Positions 12,198 through 25,565 of a stretch of 64,000 bases of DNA are shown one piece after another. Both the position numbers and the translations under genes were made by a program. Location of the stretch: contig NC_043014.1 of NCBI RefSeq assembly GCF_006345805.1, positions 26,908,001-26,972,000 of the forward strand. The letters are read 5' to 3'. Under the pieces are notes generated by a model, which saw only the letters and a program-made list of their open reading frames with translations, was not told the DNA's origin and made no database searches. Each line of letters opens with the position of its first letter. The stretch's first letter is position 1. This DNA is from Octopus sinensis. Its lineage: Eukaryota.

Positions 12198-12897
12198 ACA
12201 CACACATGCTTGGGTGTGTGTTATGTGTATATAAATTTATATAAGATAAAGATATATAATACTCAGCACAATTCCACCCTAAAATTGTATGAAGCACTTT
12301 TATGTTTTTACAACATAAAATCAACAAAATCTGTGAGCATGAGTGTGAGCGCGCGTGCGCGCGTGTGCGTGTGTGTGTGTGTGTGTGTGGTGTGTGTGTG
12401 TATGTGTACTCTCACTGACACACACATGTACACACATACATATACAGGTGTGTGTACACATACACATACACATACACACACATACATACACACATGTATA
12501 TATAGATATACATACATACACACACATACATACACACATGTATATATAGATATACATACATACACACATGTATATATAGATATACATACATACACACATG
12601 TATATATAGATATACATACATACACACATGTATATATAGATATACATACATACACACACATACATACACACATGTATATATATATATATAATATATATAT
12701 ATATATTATATATATATATAATATATATATATAAACACACACATGCTTGGGTGTGTGTTATGTGTATATAAATTTATATAAGATAAAGATATATAATACT
12801 CAGCACAATTCCACCCTAAAATTGTATGAAGCACTTTTATGTTTTTACAACATAAAATCAACAAAATCTGTGAGCATGAGTGTGAGCGCGCGTGCGC

Positions 12898-12940
<43 letters not shown>

Positions 12941-13213
12941 GTGAATAAGAAAGAGAGAGAGAGAGAGTGAATAATAGGAAGAGAGGAAATTTATTCCTCT
13001 CTCCACAGGCAGCCACACCCTTTTAAAGTGTGTTAACATTATTACAACCTACTTTCTCACAGAACCACTCATCTGTCCTTCGCCCCCACCTCTTTATACT
13101 TATCACATACACCACATGCACATATTCATACGTACACACATATATATATATATATATGTATCATACGTATTTGCCTATCTATCTGTCCATATCCTTTCCA
13201 TATCATTCATCTT

Positions 13214-13254
<41 letters not shown>

Positions 13255-13287
13255 TTCTGTCTGTCTGTCTCTCTCTCTGTATATACG

Positions 13288-13324
<37 letters not shown>

Positions 13325-13539
13325 GAATATACATATATATATATAATATATATATATATATAATATATATATATAAACACACACATGCTTGGGTGTGTGT
13401 TATGTGTATATAAATTTATATAAGATAAAGATATATAATACTCAGCACAATTCCACCCTAAAATTGTATGAAGCACTTTTATGTTTTTACAACATAAAAT
13501 CAACAAAATCTGTGAGCATGAGTGTGAGCGCGCGTGCGC

Positions 13540-13582
<43 letters not shown>

Positions 13583-13855
13583 GTGAATAAGAAAGAGAGA
13601 GAGAGAGAGTGAATAATAGGAAGAGAGGAAATTTATTCCTCTCTCCACAGGCAGCCACACCCTTTTAAAGTGTGTTAACATTATTACAACCTACTTTCTC
13701 ACAGAACCACTCATCTGTCCTTCGCCCCCACCTCTTTATACTTATCCACATACACCACATGCACATATTCATACGTACACACATATATATATATATATAT
13801 GTATCATACGTATTTGCCTATCTATCTGTCCATATCCTTTCCATATCATTCATCT

Positions 13856-13933
<78 letters not shown>

Positions 13934-13958
13934 GTCTGTCTCTCTCTCTGTATATACG

Positions 13959-13993
<35 letters not shown>

Positions 13994-14005
13994 GAATATA
14001 CATAT

Positions 14006-14060
<55 letters not shown>
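11865..14060. repeat. Complex tandem duplication A-B-A-B-C-B-C with junctions in (TG)n and (TA)n
   Basis: Block B (ATAAACACAC...GCGCGCGTGTG) starts at ~12192, 12731 and 13374. Block A starts at ~11865 and 12390. Block C starts at ~12930 and 13572. Confidence 0.9.
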
Positions 14061-14077
<17 letters not shown>

Positions 14078-14618
14078 TTATTTATACATATGTATATATA
14101 TATACATATGCATATATGTATATATATATGTATTGATATACATATATACACAGACACAAGCACACGCATATATATATATATATATACAAACATATACATG
14201 TCCACACACAAACACACTCACATACACTCACACACACATATACACACGCACAAATATACTCCATCACAGATGAACATCAATCCCTTGCTCACATGATCTC
14301 TATACATAACTTATTCATTTATTCATTTGCTCAATATTCCCACCACCAATCTATAACTCATCCCTGCTTTTCTCTGTGCTGTGCCTTTGTGCTCCAGCAT
14401 GGAGGTACATCACTGACACTACACCACCACCACCACCGCCACCACCACCACCACCACATTGCTGCAACTATCAAAACATTCCTTAACCAGCCATATCATC
14501 GCTGGTCTTCCCCATCCCTTCATCCATCAGCTAGCAGCATTATGACAAACATTCATAGAAGCTTCAGCTATTTATGTCAACTACTCTTTTTAATATCAAT
14601 CATAATGATAAAAATAAC

Positions 14619-14655
<37 letters not shown>

Positions 14656-14692
14656 TATATTAATAGTAACAACAACAATTATTTTAATAATG

Positions 14693-14809
14693 GTTTCAAA
14701 TTTTGCTACAAGAGCGCCCATTTTGTGGCCATTACCTCAGCTCCAGTGTTTCACTGGTACTTAATTTATCGACCCCGAAAGGATGAAAGGCAAAGACGAC
14801 CTCAGTAGA

Positions 14810-14810
<1 letters not shown>
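14693..14810 (-). mobile_element. SINE family S2 fragment
   Basis: GGTTTCAAATTTTG...ATCGACCCCGAAAGGATGAAAGGCAAAG. Confidence 0.75.
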
Positions 14811-14830
<20 letters not shown>

Positions 14831-14849
<19 letters not shown>

Positions 14850-16150
14850 GATCAAAGCTTTCCCACCAGAAATTACTAAAAACACATAATGAAAAGAAAT
14901 ACAAGTAACTACTGAATAAGTGGAGATGGAGAAGAAACAATAAATCATATTCTCTTTGGCTGCCCAATCCTGGCTAAGAAGGAATATATTCACAGACACG
15001 ACAGAATTAGGACCTATATACATTGAAAGCTATGCCAGCACTATGGAATAACAACAGAAAAAAGATGGTATAGGCAGACATCAGAAAAGGTCACAGAAAA
15101 TGAGAAAGCAACAACAGAGAATATCATTACTTAAATACTCGGCAGCTTTTGTAGATTGGACAAAAAATGAATTAGCAAAGCAAGACAGAAGAACTAGGAA
15201 GGAATTCAATATGAATGCAGGAATCCACCCAAGAGCAGGAGTAGCAAGATTATACCTACTTAGAAAGGAAGGTGGAAGAGGGTTAGTATCAGAAGACTGT
15301 GTGCAGTTAGCTAGGGTAGATATAGACTCCTATGTAGGTAATAGTGAAGAAAGTTTATAAAAAGATGCTAGAGTCACAAAACACCAAATGAACTTGAAAA
15401 TCAGAAAAAAGAACAGAAATTATCTGACTGGCAGGAGAAGGCAATGATAAATTCCCAAAGATAGTTTCTGCAAATTGTAGTAGTGAGACATGGTTATGGT
15501 TGCAGAAAGGAAAGCTGAAAAGGGAGACAGAAAGTTTGTTAGTAATTGCACAAGATCAAGTATTAAGGACTAATTGGATAAAAGCCAAGGTAGACAAAAT
15601 CCAAGTAGATTCCCAGTGTAGATTATGCAAATCAAAAGAGGAAGGTGTTACTCATATAGTAAGTGAATGTTGCATGCTGTCACTGAAAGAATACAAGATA
15701 TGCCAATACACACAGATAGAGAAATTAAGGCCAGTAGACCATATATAGTTGTCAGAGATCACCAAGAAAAAAATGCTTTCTAATTGATGTATCAATACCA
15801 ACATATGGCAACGTTTCTCTTAAAGAAATGGAGAAACTTTCAAAATACAAAGATCTGGAAATAGAGGTAACTCGAATTTGGAGTCTAAAAACAGAAACAA
15901 TTCCTATTTTAGTGGGCGCATTAGGTATGATAAAGAACCTTTCAGACAAGTACATAACAAAAACACTAGGACTAACAAGTATATATAACATACAGAAAAC
16001 AGCACTACTAGGCACCACACACATCCTACATAGAACACTTTCAATACAGTAAAAATAAGAGCATCACAGCAAACCACAGCACATACCCAAGGCACACAGA
16101 GCTGTGCTCGGTAGTGAAATAAAACTCGATATAAAAATAAAACTACTGAG
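14831..16150 (+). mobile_element. R4/Dong family B 3' fragment, interrupted at 15119-15697 by an inverted copy of 8441-9019
   Basis: Homologous to 17340-18088 and 49200-49931. Ends ...QKTALLGTTHILHRTLSIQ, then the family 3' UTR and (AAT)n. Confidence 0.88.
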
Positions 16151-16168
16151 TAATAATGATAATAATAA

Positions 16169-16228
<60 letters not shown>

Positions 16229-16267
16229 TAATAATAATTACTATTATTATTATAATAATCATCCTTT

Positions 16268-16392
16268 CTACTAAAGGCACAAGGCCTAACATTTTTAGAG
16301 AGGTAACCAAAATACTCAACTGGCACTTAGTTTTATCGACCCTGAAAAGTTGAAAGGTAAAGTCAACTTCCGTAGAAGTTGAACTCAGAAAG
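16268..16392 (-). mobile_element. SINE family S2 fragment
   Basis: AAAGGCACAAGGCC...ATCGACCCTGAAAAG...GAACTCAGAA. Confidence 0.65.
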
Positions 16393-16414
16393 TAAATAAT
16401 AATAATAATAATAA

Positions 16415-16962
16415 CAGATGCAGTACCAGGCAGTGGCTTTCATGGCTTCTTGTCTTAACTGATTGGAAGTGTTATCATGTAAATTGTTTTGTGGTATAAA
16501 AGATGGGCTACAGCAAATATTCTGCTCAATACCACAGATTTGCTTGTCAGTTGTTTGACCTTAACCAGTTGAGCATGTCCCTTAGTGGCTGACAATATGT
16601 GCATCTCTGATCCTGAGCAGAAGTAGTGGGGAAGCATCATAGGCATGTGTTGAGAGGGATTCTTTGGGGTTTGAATAATTCACCTCAGGAAACATGGGTC
16701 TTTCATTCAACATCCTTAAACAACCCTTATTCAGGGACCTTTTGAGTGGGATGGGTTACTTGACCAGAAGAAAATTCTAACTGCACCCCACCTGCAAGGT
16801 CATGTGCTGTTTATCTTGATATGAGATCACCATGTCGTGCACATATGGTTGTGATGCATGTGCCTAGTGTACCCTTATCAGACAGGTAGTCATGATGGGT
16901 ATATTGGGCTTCGTATATTTTACCCCAGTGTCACTTTGATGGCATGCACTGCTCTCTCACTC
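16415..16962 (+). mobile_element. Non-coding retroposed repeat ending ...CTCTCTCACTC(AAT)n (SINE or LINE 3' UTR)
   Basis: Flanked by AAT repeats on both sides. Its 3' terminus recurs at 5067-5150, 5223-5306 and 57580-57611. Confidence 0.65.
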
Positions 16963-16963
16963 A

Positions 16964-17017
<54 letters not shown>

Positions 17018-17028
17018 TAATAATAATA

Positions 17029-18088
17029 CTGTTCTCAGTATTTAAGGAACCTAACAAATACAAACAAGAAATTATACCACCTAATAAATATGAAGAAGAA
17101 GAAGAAGAAGAAGAAGAAGAAGAAGAAGAGAAGAAGAAGAAGAAGAAGAAGAAGAAACAACAACAACAACAAAAGCTATAAAACAAATGAAATCCAAACT
17201 AAAACTAGAACAGCAAAGAACCATGATAAAACGATAGCAAGAAAAGCCCCTTCATGGTAAATACTGGACTAAACTAAATGCAAAAGAAATAGACAAAGAA
17301 AAATCCCAACAATGGTTGAGAAGCTCAGGACTCAAAGCAGAGACAGAGGGATTCTTAATTGCAGCACAAGACCAAAGCCTACCCACCAGAAATTACCAAA
17401 AACATGTAATGAAAAGAAATATAACAAGTAACTGCAGAATATGTGGAGATGGACAAGAAACAATAAATCATATTATCTCTGGCTGCCCAGTCCTGGCTAA
17501 GAAGGAATATATTCACAGACATGACAGAGTTGGGACCTTCATACACTGGAAGCTATGCCAACATTATGGAATAACTACAGAAAAAAGATGGTATAGGCAC
17601 ACACCAGAAAAGGTCACAGAAAACGAGAAAGCAACCATACTCTGGGATATGCTGATACACACAGATAGAGAAATTAAGGCTGACAGACCAGATATAGTTG
17701 TCAGAGATCATGAAGAAAAAAAATGCTTTCTAATTGATGTATCAATACCAGCAGATGACAACGTGTATCTAAAAGAAATGGAGAAACTTTCAAAATACAA
17801 AGACCTGGAAATAGAGGTAACCAGAATGTGGAATCTAAAAACAGAAACAATTCCTATCATAGTAGGTGCATTAGGCATGATAAAAAAATATTCAGACAAA
17901 TACATAACAAAAACACCAGGACTTACAAACACATATAACATACAGAAAATTGCACTGCACACATCCTACGCAGAACACTTTCCATACCATAACCATCAGA
18001 GCATCACAACAAATCACAGCACATACCCAAGACACAAGAGCTGCGCTCGGTAGTGAAGTGAAAGCACGCTATAAAAATAAAACTACTG
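17029..18088 (+). mobile_element. R4/Dong family B, 5'-truncated copy (GAA tract, CCHC, RLE, 3' UTR)
   Basis: ORF 17316-18053: CRICGDGQETINHIISGC, RPDIVVRD...FLIDVSIP...EKLSKYKDL. Nearly identical to 48815-49931. (AAT)n flanks. Confidence 0.92.
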
Positions 18089-18127
18089 AATGATAATAAT
18101 AATAAGAAGAAGAAGAAAAAGAAGGAC

Positions 18128-18340
18128 GGTTTCAAATTTTGCCATAAGAGCAGCAGTGTTTTGGAGGAATGGATGAGTCGAATACATTGATCCCAGTGTT
18201 CAACTGGTACTAATTGTATCAACCCCAAAAGATGACAGGCAAAGTTGACCTCAGTGGAATTTGAACACAGAACGGAGTGATGGGTGAAATGCCACTAAAA
18301 ATTTCATCCAGAGCACTAATGATTCTACCAGCTCACCACC
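18128..18340 (-). mobile_element. SINE family S2
   Basis: Full reverse-complement copy, followed by (AAT)n. Confidence 0.8.
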
Positions 18341-18355
18341 TTAATAATAATAATA

Positions 18356-18465
<110 letters not shown>

Positions 18466-18491
18466 TAATAATAATGATAATAATAAAAATA

Positions 18492-20160
18492 AGCTCTTTG
18501 CAAAAACTGATCAACAATTACAGGGCTTATTAGCGATTGTTAAACATTTCAGTTATGACATTAGGATGCAATTTGGCCTTGATAAATGTGCAAAAACTAC
18601 CTTTATCAGTGGTAAAATGACAGAAACATCCAATGTTACTCTTGACCAGCAGAATGTTATAAAGGAGTTATAACCAACAGAGAGCTACAAATACCTTGGG
18701 GTATTTGAAGGGGACAGAATCAAACATTCAGTGATGAGGGAAAGGATCAGAAGAGAATGTTATTGCAGGGTAAGGGCAATACTCAAGACAGAGTTGAATG
18801 CAAGAAACAGGATCAAACCAATCAATACTTTAGTTATACCAGTTGTGACTTACAGTTTCAATATCATTAACTTGTCAATTACTGAAATATGTTATCTTGA
18901 CAGAAAAATACAAAAATTGTTGACAATGCATAGAATGCACCACCCTAAGGCAGATATAGAACAACTTTATCTGCCAAGGAAAGAGGGAGGCCATGGACTT
19001 TTACAACTGGAATTAACAATGAAGATTGCCATATTTGGCCAAGAAACCTACCTGAAAAACTCTGATGAATGGATATCAAAACTTGCTTCAAAGCATGAAA
19101 ACAAGAATGCATCATACTCAGTAACAAAACAAGCAAAAGAATATTTAAGTGAATTCCAAATACAACAAATTAGACATACTAGAAACAAGCACAGAAAAAG
19201 CTAAGCGTATGAAAACCTGTGCTAAAACTGCTGCCTTAGATATGCTTATTGATAAATAGCAAGAAAAACCTCTCAATGGCAAATACCAAAGAGAGTGAAT
19301 AATGCTGTTGTTTACAAAGCCCTTACCTATCAATGGTTAGTGTCTTCTGGATTAAAATCAGAAACAGAAGATGTTTATCACAGCAGCCCAAGATCAATGC
19401 CTACCTACAAGCAAATACCAGATCAACATATTAAAGAACGGCAGTAGCCCAACATGTCATGTATGTCAACAACAAAATGAAACCATTGATTATGATGTCT
19501 CCATGTGCAGTCTTCTTGCGCCTACAGAGTACTCAACAGACATGATAGAGCAGCACAGTATATTCACTGGGTAATTTGCGAAAACCTGAACCTGCCCATG
19601 ATAAAAACTGGTGGGAACACAAACCACCTCCAGTGCTTGAAAATGATGACATCTCATTCCTCTGGAACTTCACTGTTCAAACTGACAGAAAGATAGATGC
19701 AAATAGGCCAGACATTATATTGAAAGACTTCAAACAAAAATCATGCCTCCTCTTTGATATGACTGTCCCATTTAACATAAGTGTATCTGTCAAGACCTAC
19801 CAAGAACTGAGCAAGTATTAAAGATCTTAAAATAAAAACCGGCAAAATGTGGAACCTCAAGACTAAAACAATACCTGTTGTCATTGGTGCCCTAGGAATG
19901 ATAGCAAAAGGGGCTGATTGCTACCTAGCTCATATACCAGGAAACCCCAAAATGGCAGAAATTAAAAAGATAGTGCTCATGGGAACTGCCCATATCCTAC
20001 ATAAAATACTATCTATGTAATCTCAAATTTTAAAACAAACTCATAATTTTCTTATGTTTTCTTAAACATGCTCTAGAATAATGTTATGTGCAAAACCAAA
20101 TATATGACACCCTAGGCATAACACCAACTTGAACTTCTAACTTGTTGTCTCTTGAAGTCT
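18492..20160 (+). mobile_element. Decayed R4/Dong-clade retrotransposon, further family
   Basis: GMQFGLDKCAK; RMHHPKADIEQLYLPRKEGGHGL; AAQDQCL; RHD; NRPDIILKD...FDMTVP; ends LMGTAHIL. Confidence 0.85.
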
Positions 20161-20367
20161 CTGGATGAGACTTGAAGCCAACTTGTACATATACAAAGTA
20201 AAAGTCAAACATATAATGATAATAATAATAAATATAATGAAAATGATGATGATGAGGATTTCTTTATTAACCACAAAGGGTCTACATTTAAGAAAAGCAT
20301 TATGGACAGTACAGTGTATGTGTGTTGTGAGTGCTTTGCATGTAAACAACAACAACAACAATAATAA

Positions 20368-20585
20368 TAATGGTTTCAAATTTTGCCACAAGAGCAGCAA
20401 TTTTGGGGTGAGGGAATTAATCAGTTATATCAACTTCAGTGTTCAACTGGTACTTATTTTATTGACCCTGAAAGAATGAAAGGCAAAGTCAACCTCAGTG
20501 GAATTTGAACTTGGAAGGCAGTGATGGGTGAAATACTGCTAAGTATTTCATCCAGTGCGCTAACGATTCTGCTAGCTTGCTGCTT
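20368..20585 (-). mobile_element. SINE family S2
   Basis: Reverse-complement copy between AAT tracts. Confidence 0.8.
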
Positions 20586-20595
20586 TAATAATAAC

Positions 20596-20668
<73 letters not shown>

Positions 20669-21299
20669 GTAATAATAATAATAATATAATGATAATAATG
20701 ATTTCTTTACTGCCTACAAGGACCGAACACAAAACAAAGAGGGACAATCCAATACAAGGGACAAGTGGAGTATTGAACGATGACGAGTATACAATGACTA
20801 ACAATAACAATTAATAAAATAACTCTAACAACGAAAGTCCCCAAAAGTGGGTGGAGAAATTCCACCCGGGACCAGCCAAGGCACCCTATCCATCCTGACT
20901 GCGAAAAACACCTCAGGCAGGCACCCGACTTCCCCTCAATCATTCCAGCCTACAGGTGAATATTCAGAGTAGGCCCATTCACCCTGGGTCATCCTCACTA
21001 CATTCAGCCACCTTTCAGCAAAAACATTGGCAGGTGGGGACAGAACTTCTACCCTCACTTTCCTTTTCAAGTGGATTTTGAAAAAAGTTGATGAAGGCTT
21101 GGCCAAAGAGGAAAGTATCTGTCTTCAATTCTTTCAATCTCATCCACCACTCTACCTCCTTCACCATAGACACCAGACAGAGGAATACTGCCTTTCCTTC
21201 CCAGCCAAAGGAAGGTGGCAGAGTGATCTTCACGATGGACTCAAGGGTTGTCAGATGGAGCAGTGTCATATGGTATTAGTTTTACAAAGAAATCGAATG

Positions 21300-21692
21300 T
21301 TACTCTTTTACTCTTTTACTTGTTTTAGTCATTTGACTGTGGCCACCTTTAGTCGAGCACATCGACTCCAGGACATATTCTTTGTAAGCCTAGTACTTAT
21401 TCTATCGGTCTCTTTTGCCGAACTACTAAGTTACGGGGACGTAAACACACCAGCGTCAGTTGTCAAGCAATGTTGGAGGGACAAACACAGACACACATAC
21501 ATATATATTTATACATATACATATATACGACAGGCTTCTTTCAGTTTCTATCTACCAAATCCACTCACAAGGCTTTGGTTAGCCCAAGGCTATAGTAGAA
21601 GACACTTGCCCAAGGTGCCATGCAGTGGGACTGAACCCGGAACCATATAGTTTGTAAGCAAGCTACTTACCATACAGCTACTCCTACGCCTA
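21300..21692 (-). mobile_element. SINE family S1
   Basis: Reverse complement of the 94-538 unit. Confidence 0.88.
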
Positions 21693-22575
21693 TTGTCAGA
21701 GAAGAATCATTATTATCATTATATTATTATAATTATTATTATTATCATCATCATCATCATCATCATCATTAAAACTGTTGTTAAAAAATTTTTTAAATAA
21801 GATTTAAAAAGTGTACACAGAATACAAATAAGCGATGATACAGTTCACTAGAGACATGAAAGCCGCAAATTAGAGCTAATCAAGGAATTCTGTGAATTCA
21901 GGACCACTTCGACTATCAAGGGTGTCTTCTTCCAACTACTGTTCTCTGATAGTTGGTCCATCATGTTAGTGACAGCAGCTCTTCACAAATCAGCGATGTT
22001 CAGTCATTCAAGAAACAAGCACAAAAAGGGTTCCCTTGCTCTACTCACATCTCAAACATCTTGTCTGATGGCATATTTGTGACTGTGTCTAGTTTATCTT
22101 GAAAATGTAGTAACTCTCGGTATCACTATCAGGCTAGGGGTTTCTGGAAGCTAGTGGTTTCTAGTGATCTTATCTTTGCCAGAGTGGCTTAGGAGTCAGC
22201 ACATACAGAAGAACAGCTGTTTTGAGATAAGATAACCTTATGGACCGAGTTTGCCATACAAAGCCATTCAGAGGAGTAGTTGTTCAGTCTGACCACCGAG
22301 CAGATACTACAATGGGTTGCTATAATCCAGCCTCTAAAAATGGGACTGAAACCAGCAGCTTTGAGAACAATTTTCCCATTAGTGATTCTCCCATTGTACA
22401 ATCACTCAACACGTCTGATACTTTGCCTAATATAGTTGATCTTTTGCTTCAATTAGCATACTTGGACATGAATCTATAAATGATACGTGCTATATAGTTT
22501 CCTATATAATACTGTATGTCTTCTAGTATTTCATTGTAATTGTCCTGTTATTATCATAACTTTTATTATCATAAC

Positions 22576-22778
22576 TGGTTTTGAATTTTGGCAGAGGGCC
22601 AACAGTTTTGAGGTTGAGGGTAAGTTGATTACATTGACCCCAGTGCTCAACTGGTACTTATTTTATCAACCCTGAAAAGAGGAAAGGCAAAGTCGACTTT
22701 GGCGGCATTTGAACTCAGAATGTAAAAAATGGATGAAATAGCGCTTCGCATTTCACCCAGCATACTAATGAATCTGCC
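22576..22778 (-). mobile_element. SINE family S2
   Basis: Reverse-complement copy. Confidence 0.8.
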
Positions 22779-23384
22779 ATTATCATTATCATTGTTGTAA
22801 TTATTATTCAGGAAATTCTTTACTCCACTGGTCAGGAAATCCATTGTTCCATTATTTAGGAAATCCATCAACTTTCAACACCCACTCAGTGGAATTTTCA
22901 GGATACCATTGCAAACGTTACACAGACACACCCTGAAGCTGACTCACCTGCAGTAATTTCTTTTCAGTAATTTCTTGCAATAGTGAAGACTTGACTATTG
23001 CAACAACACAGCAGTGTTCCCAACGTTGTGAAAACCCATTGCATTCTGTAGCGGGTCAAAGTGTGTAAGCACCAATAATCTGGAAGCAACTTTGGGTATC
23101 AACGAGAACAATGTGAACAGTCTTTTCAGAAGTACTTTTAAGTCAGGGAATATGAATAACTTCCAAAACATTGTCCCCAGCCTGTTAATGATTCACCCAG
23201 CGGTGAATACATGAAAGCTGCAGAACAACTTATGAACGTCCCCTGTCTTGTTCCAACAGCATCAACTTCTCCTGAAACAAACTTTCTGTATGAGACCCTG
23301 GCAACTTAACCATATCATATTCTGTGATTTCTTCAAACCCTACATCACTTGCCAGTCTAAACAATATTTTACTGAATTTAAAGC

Positions 23385-23585
23385 AGTGAACTGGCAGAAT
23401 CGTTAGTACTCCAGGCAAAATGCTTAGCGATATTTCGTTTGCCACAATGTTCTGAGTTCAAATTCTGCCGAGGTTAACTTTGCCTTTCATCCTTTCGGGG
23501 TTGATAAAATTAGTATCAGTTGAACACTGGGGTCGATCTAATTGACTGGCCCCTCCCACCAAATTTTGGGTCGTGTGCCTAGAAT
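23385..23585 (+). mobile_element. SINE family S2
   Basis: GCAGTGAACTGGCAGAATCGTTAG...TTTGCCTTTCATCCTTTCGGGG. Confidence 0.8.
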
Positions 23586-24502
23586 AGAAAAGAATATTTT
23601 ACTGAATTTGATGTAAACATTCTGCTGGTGGGAAACATGTAAAATCATGGATTCAGCTGAGCTAATCTTTTACAAAATAGCCATTCATCCCCCGAATTAA
23701 CTATATTATCCTCTGAACCAATAAAGTTGAACCTTTAACAGAATTTCCACACTATAGATTTATCCTCTTTATTTGCTTTTATGAGTTCTTTGAAAGTCTT
23801 CCCCAGATTATATGCCATGAAATTAACTATCACACCTTGGTACATTGACTGGAGGAAAGAAGTTGAGTTATTGAGGAATATATTCCATTCTCACATTATC
23901 AGAAACATCACTTAAGTTCATTTGGTGACTTGGTGCATTGTCTAAAAGAAGCAATTTTTTACTGGCAACATTACACTTCAAATTGTACATTTATGGAGTA
24001 AGGAAAATAAGCTTATAGAGTAGTCTTGGAAAAGTTTCATTCTGATCCAAGCTTCCTTCTTATGTGAACACTAAATCAGGAGTAGATTAAACATAGTGTA
24101 GCTCTTAAATGCCCTTAGATTTTTGGAGCTATATACAGGTAGGGGATTGAATTCCTCCCAAAAAAAGCGTCAAATGATTTAGAGGAGAGTTAAAGTTTGG
24201 TGCTAAAAGTTCTAATAGACATGTGCTTTCAGAAAAGCCATTTCATCAACATATTATTCTCGTTCTAGTGCATAGTTTCTTTGAACAATGCTTTTCTTCA
24301 GTTTCTCAGGATAATTTGTTGCAGCCTGTGTATCAGCAATGGTGGGTTCACTGGTTATTTTTATGTTGTGCAAATTAAGATGCCTTTCAAACATTTCATT
24401 AGAAGTTACACCTTCCACTTTCAGCAAATCTTGTAATTTTCACTTGAAAGACAATCATATTTATTCGTACATTACGTCAAATCTGATCATCGATTCACTC
24501 AC

Positions 24503-24537
24503 CTGAGAGACGTCACATATCAATCATTACACCAGAT
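24503..24537 (-). other. Candidate 35-nt non-coding (UTR or lncRNA) exon
   Basis: Minus strand: CTTTTTCAG acceptor and CAG/GTGAGT consensus donor. Stops in all three frames. Confidence 0.35.
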
Positions 24538-25124
24538 CTGAAAAAGTAATGCCCGAGTTATTAACAATGTAGCTGCTTGAACACATGACCTAATTTTATT
24601 TTTACTATTACCGTAGACGTTGCAAGCTTTATTGTTTTTGCAATATGGTTCAGTTTATTCCCGCATGAAACCATTGTGAAACATTAAGTTTATTGTCAAA
24701 AAAAAAAAACCCCTTTATGACTCTTTTTCTAACTATTGCATTCATTTTCACTTGATGGTCTCTTTTCAGTTAGCTTGAAAGAAATAATGCTCTATGTTGT
24801 ACACATTGGTAGTTAAATCCAACATTAACAGTACTAGGCAAGAGATATTCACTAAATAGTGAGGCTACACGTTGGTAAAATGTAGTTGTCTTTTTACATT
24901 GGATTCAAAAATGGAAATGAAAAGATAAAAGGGAAAGAGAAGTAAAACGGGTGGAAGCATGTTTGATTAATGTTAGTAACAAGCCCAGGTCCGTTGAATT
25001 GATGCACAAACAAGGTGAGGGAAGTGAGAAAATATTGGAAAGCATGCTGAGATCAATACAAAATAAGGTCATAGATTGTTGCACACAAACAAGGCAAGGA
25101 AGGAAGAGGCAACAAAATGACACC

Positions 25125-25565
25125 AGCGTGGTGTGAAAAAATTACATCAACCACATGGTTCCGGGTTCAGTTCCACTGTGTGGAACCTTGAGCGAGTGTC
25201 TTCAATTATAGCCTCAGGCCAACCAAAGCTGGTGAGTGGATTTGGTAGATGGAAACTGAAAGAAGCCCGTCATATATATGTGTGTGTGCGTGTGTTTTTG
25301 TGTGTGTGTGTGTATGTATGTGTGTGCATGTGTGTGTATGTATGTGTGTGTGTCTGTGTGTGTATGTCTGTGTTTGTCCCCCTCCCAACATTGCTTGACA
25401 ACCGATGGTGGTGTGTTTACATCCCCGTAACTTAGCGGTTCAGCAAAAGAGTCCAATAGAATAAGTATTAGGCTTACAAAGAATAAGTCCTGGGGTCGAT
25501 TTGCTTGACTAAAGGCGGTGCTCCAGCATGACCACAGTCAAATGACTGAAACAAGTAAAAGAATA
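25125..25565 (+). mobile_element. SINE family S1
   Basis: Same architecture as 94-538. Confidence 0.88.

Noticed and set aside
12995-13100. Pyrimidine tract plus CAG in duplicated block C as an exon start
   Set aside because: Stops in two frames, no donor, no homology.
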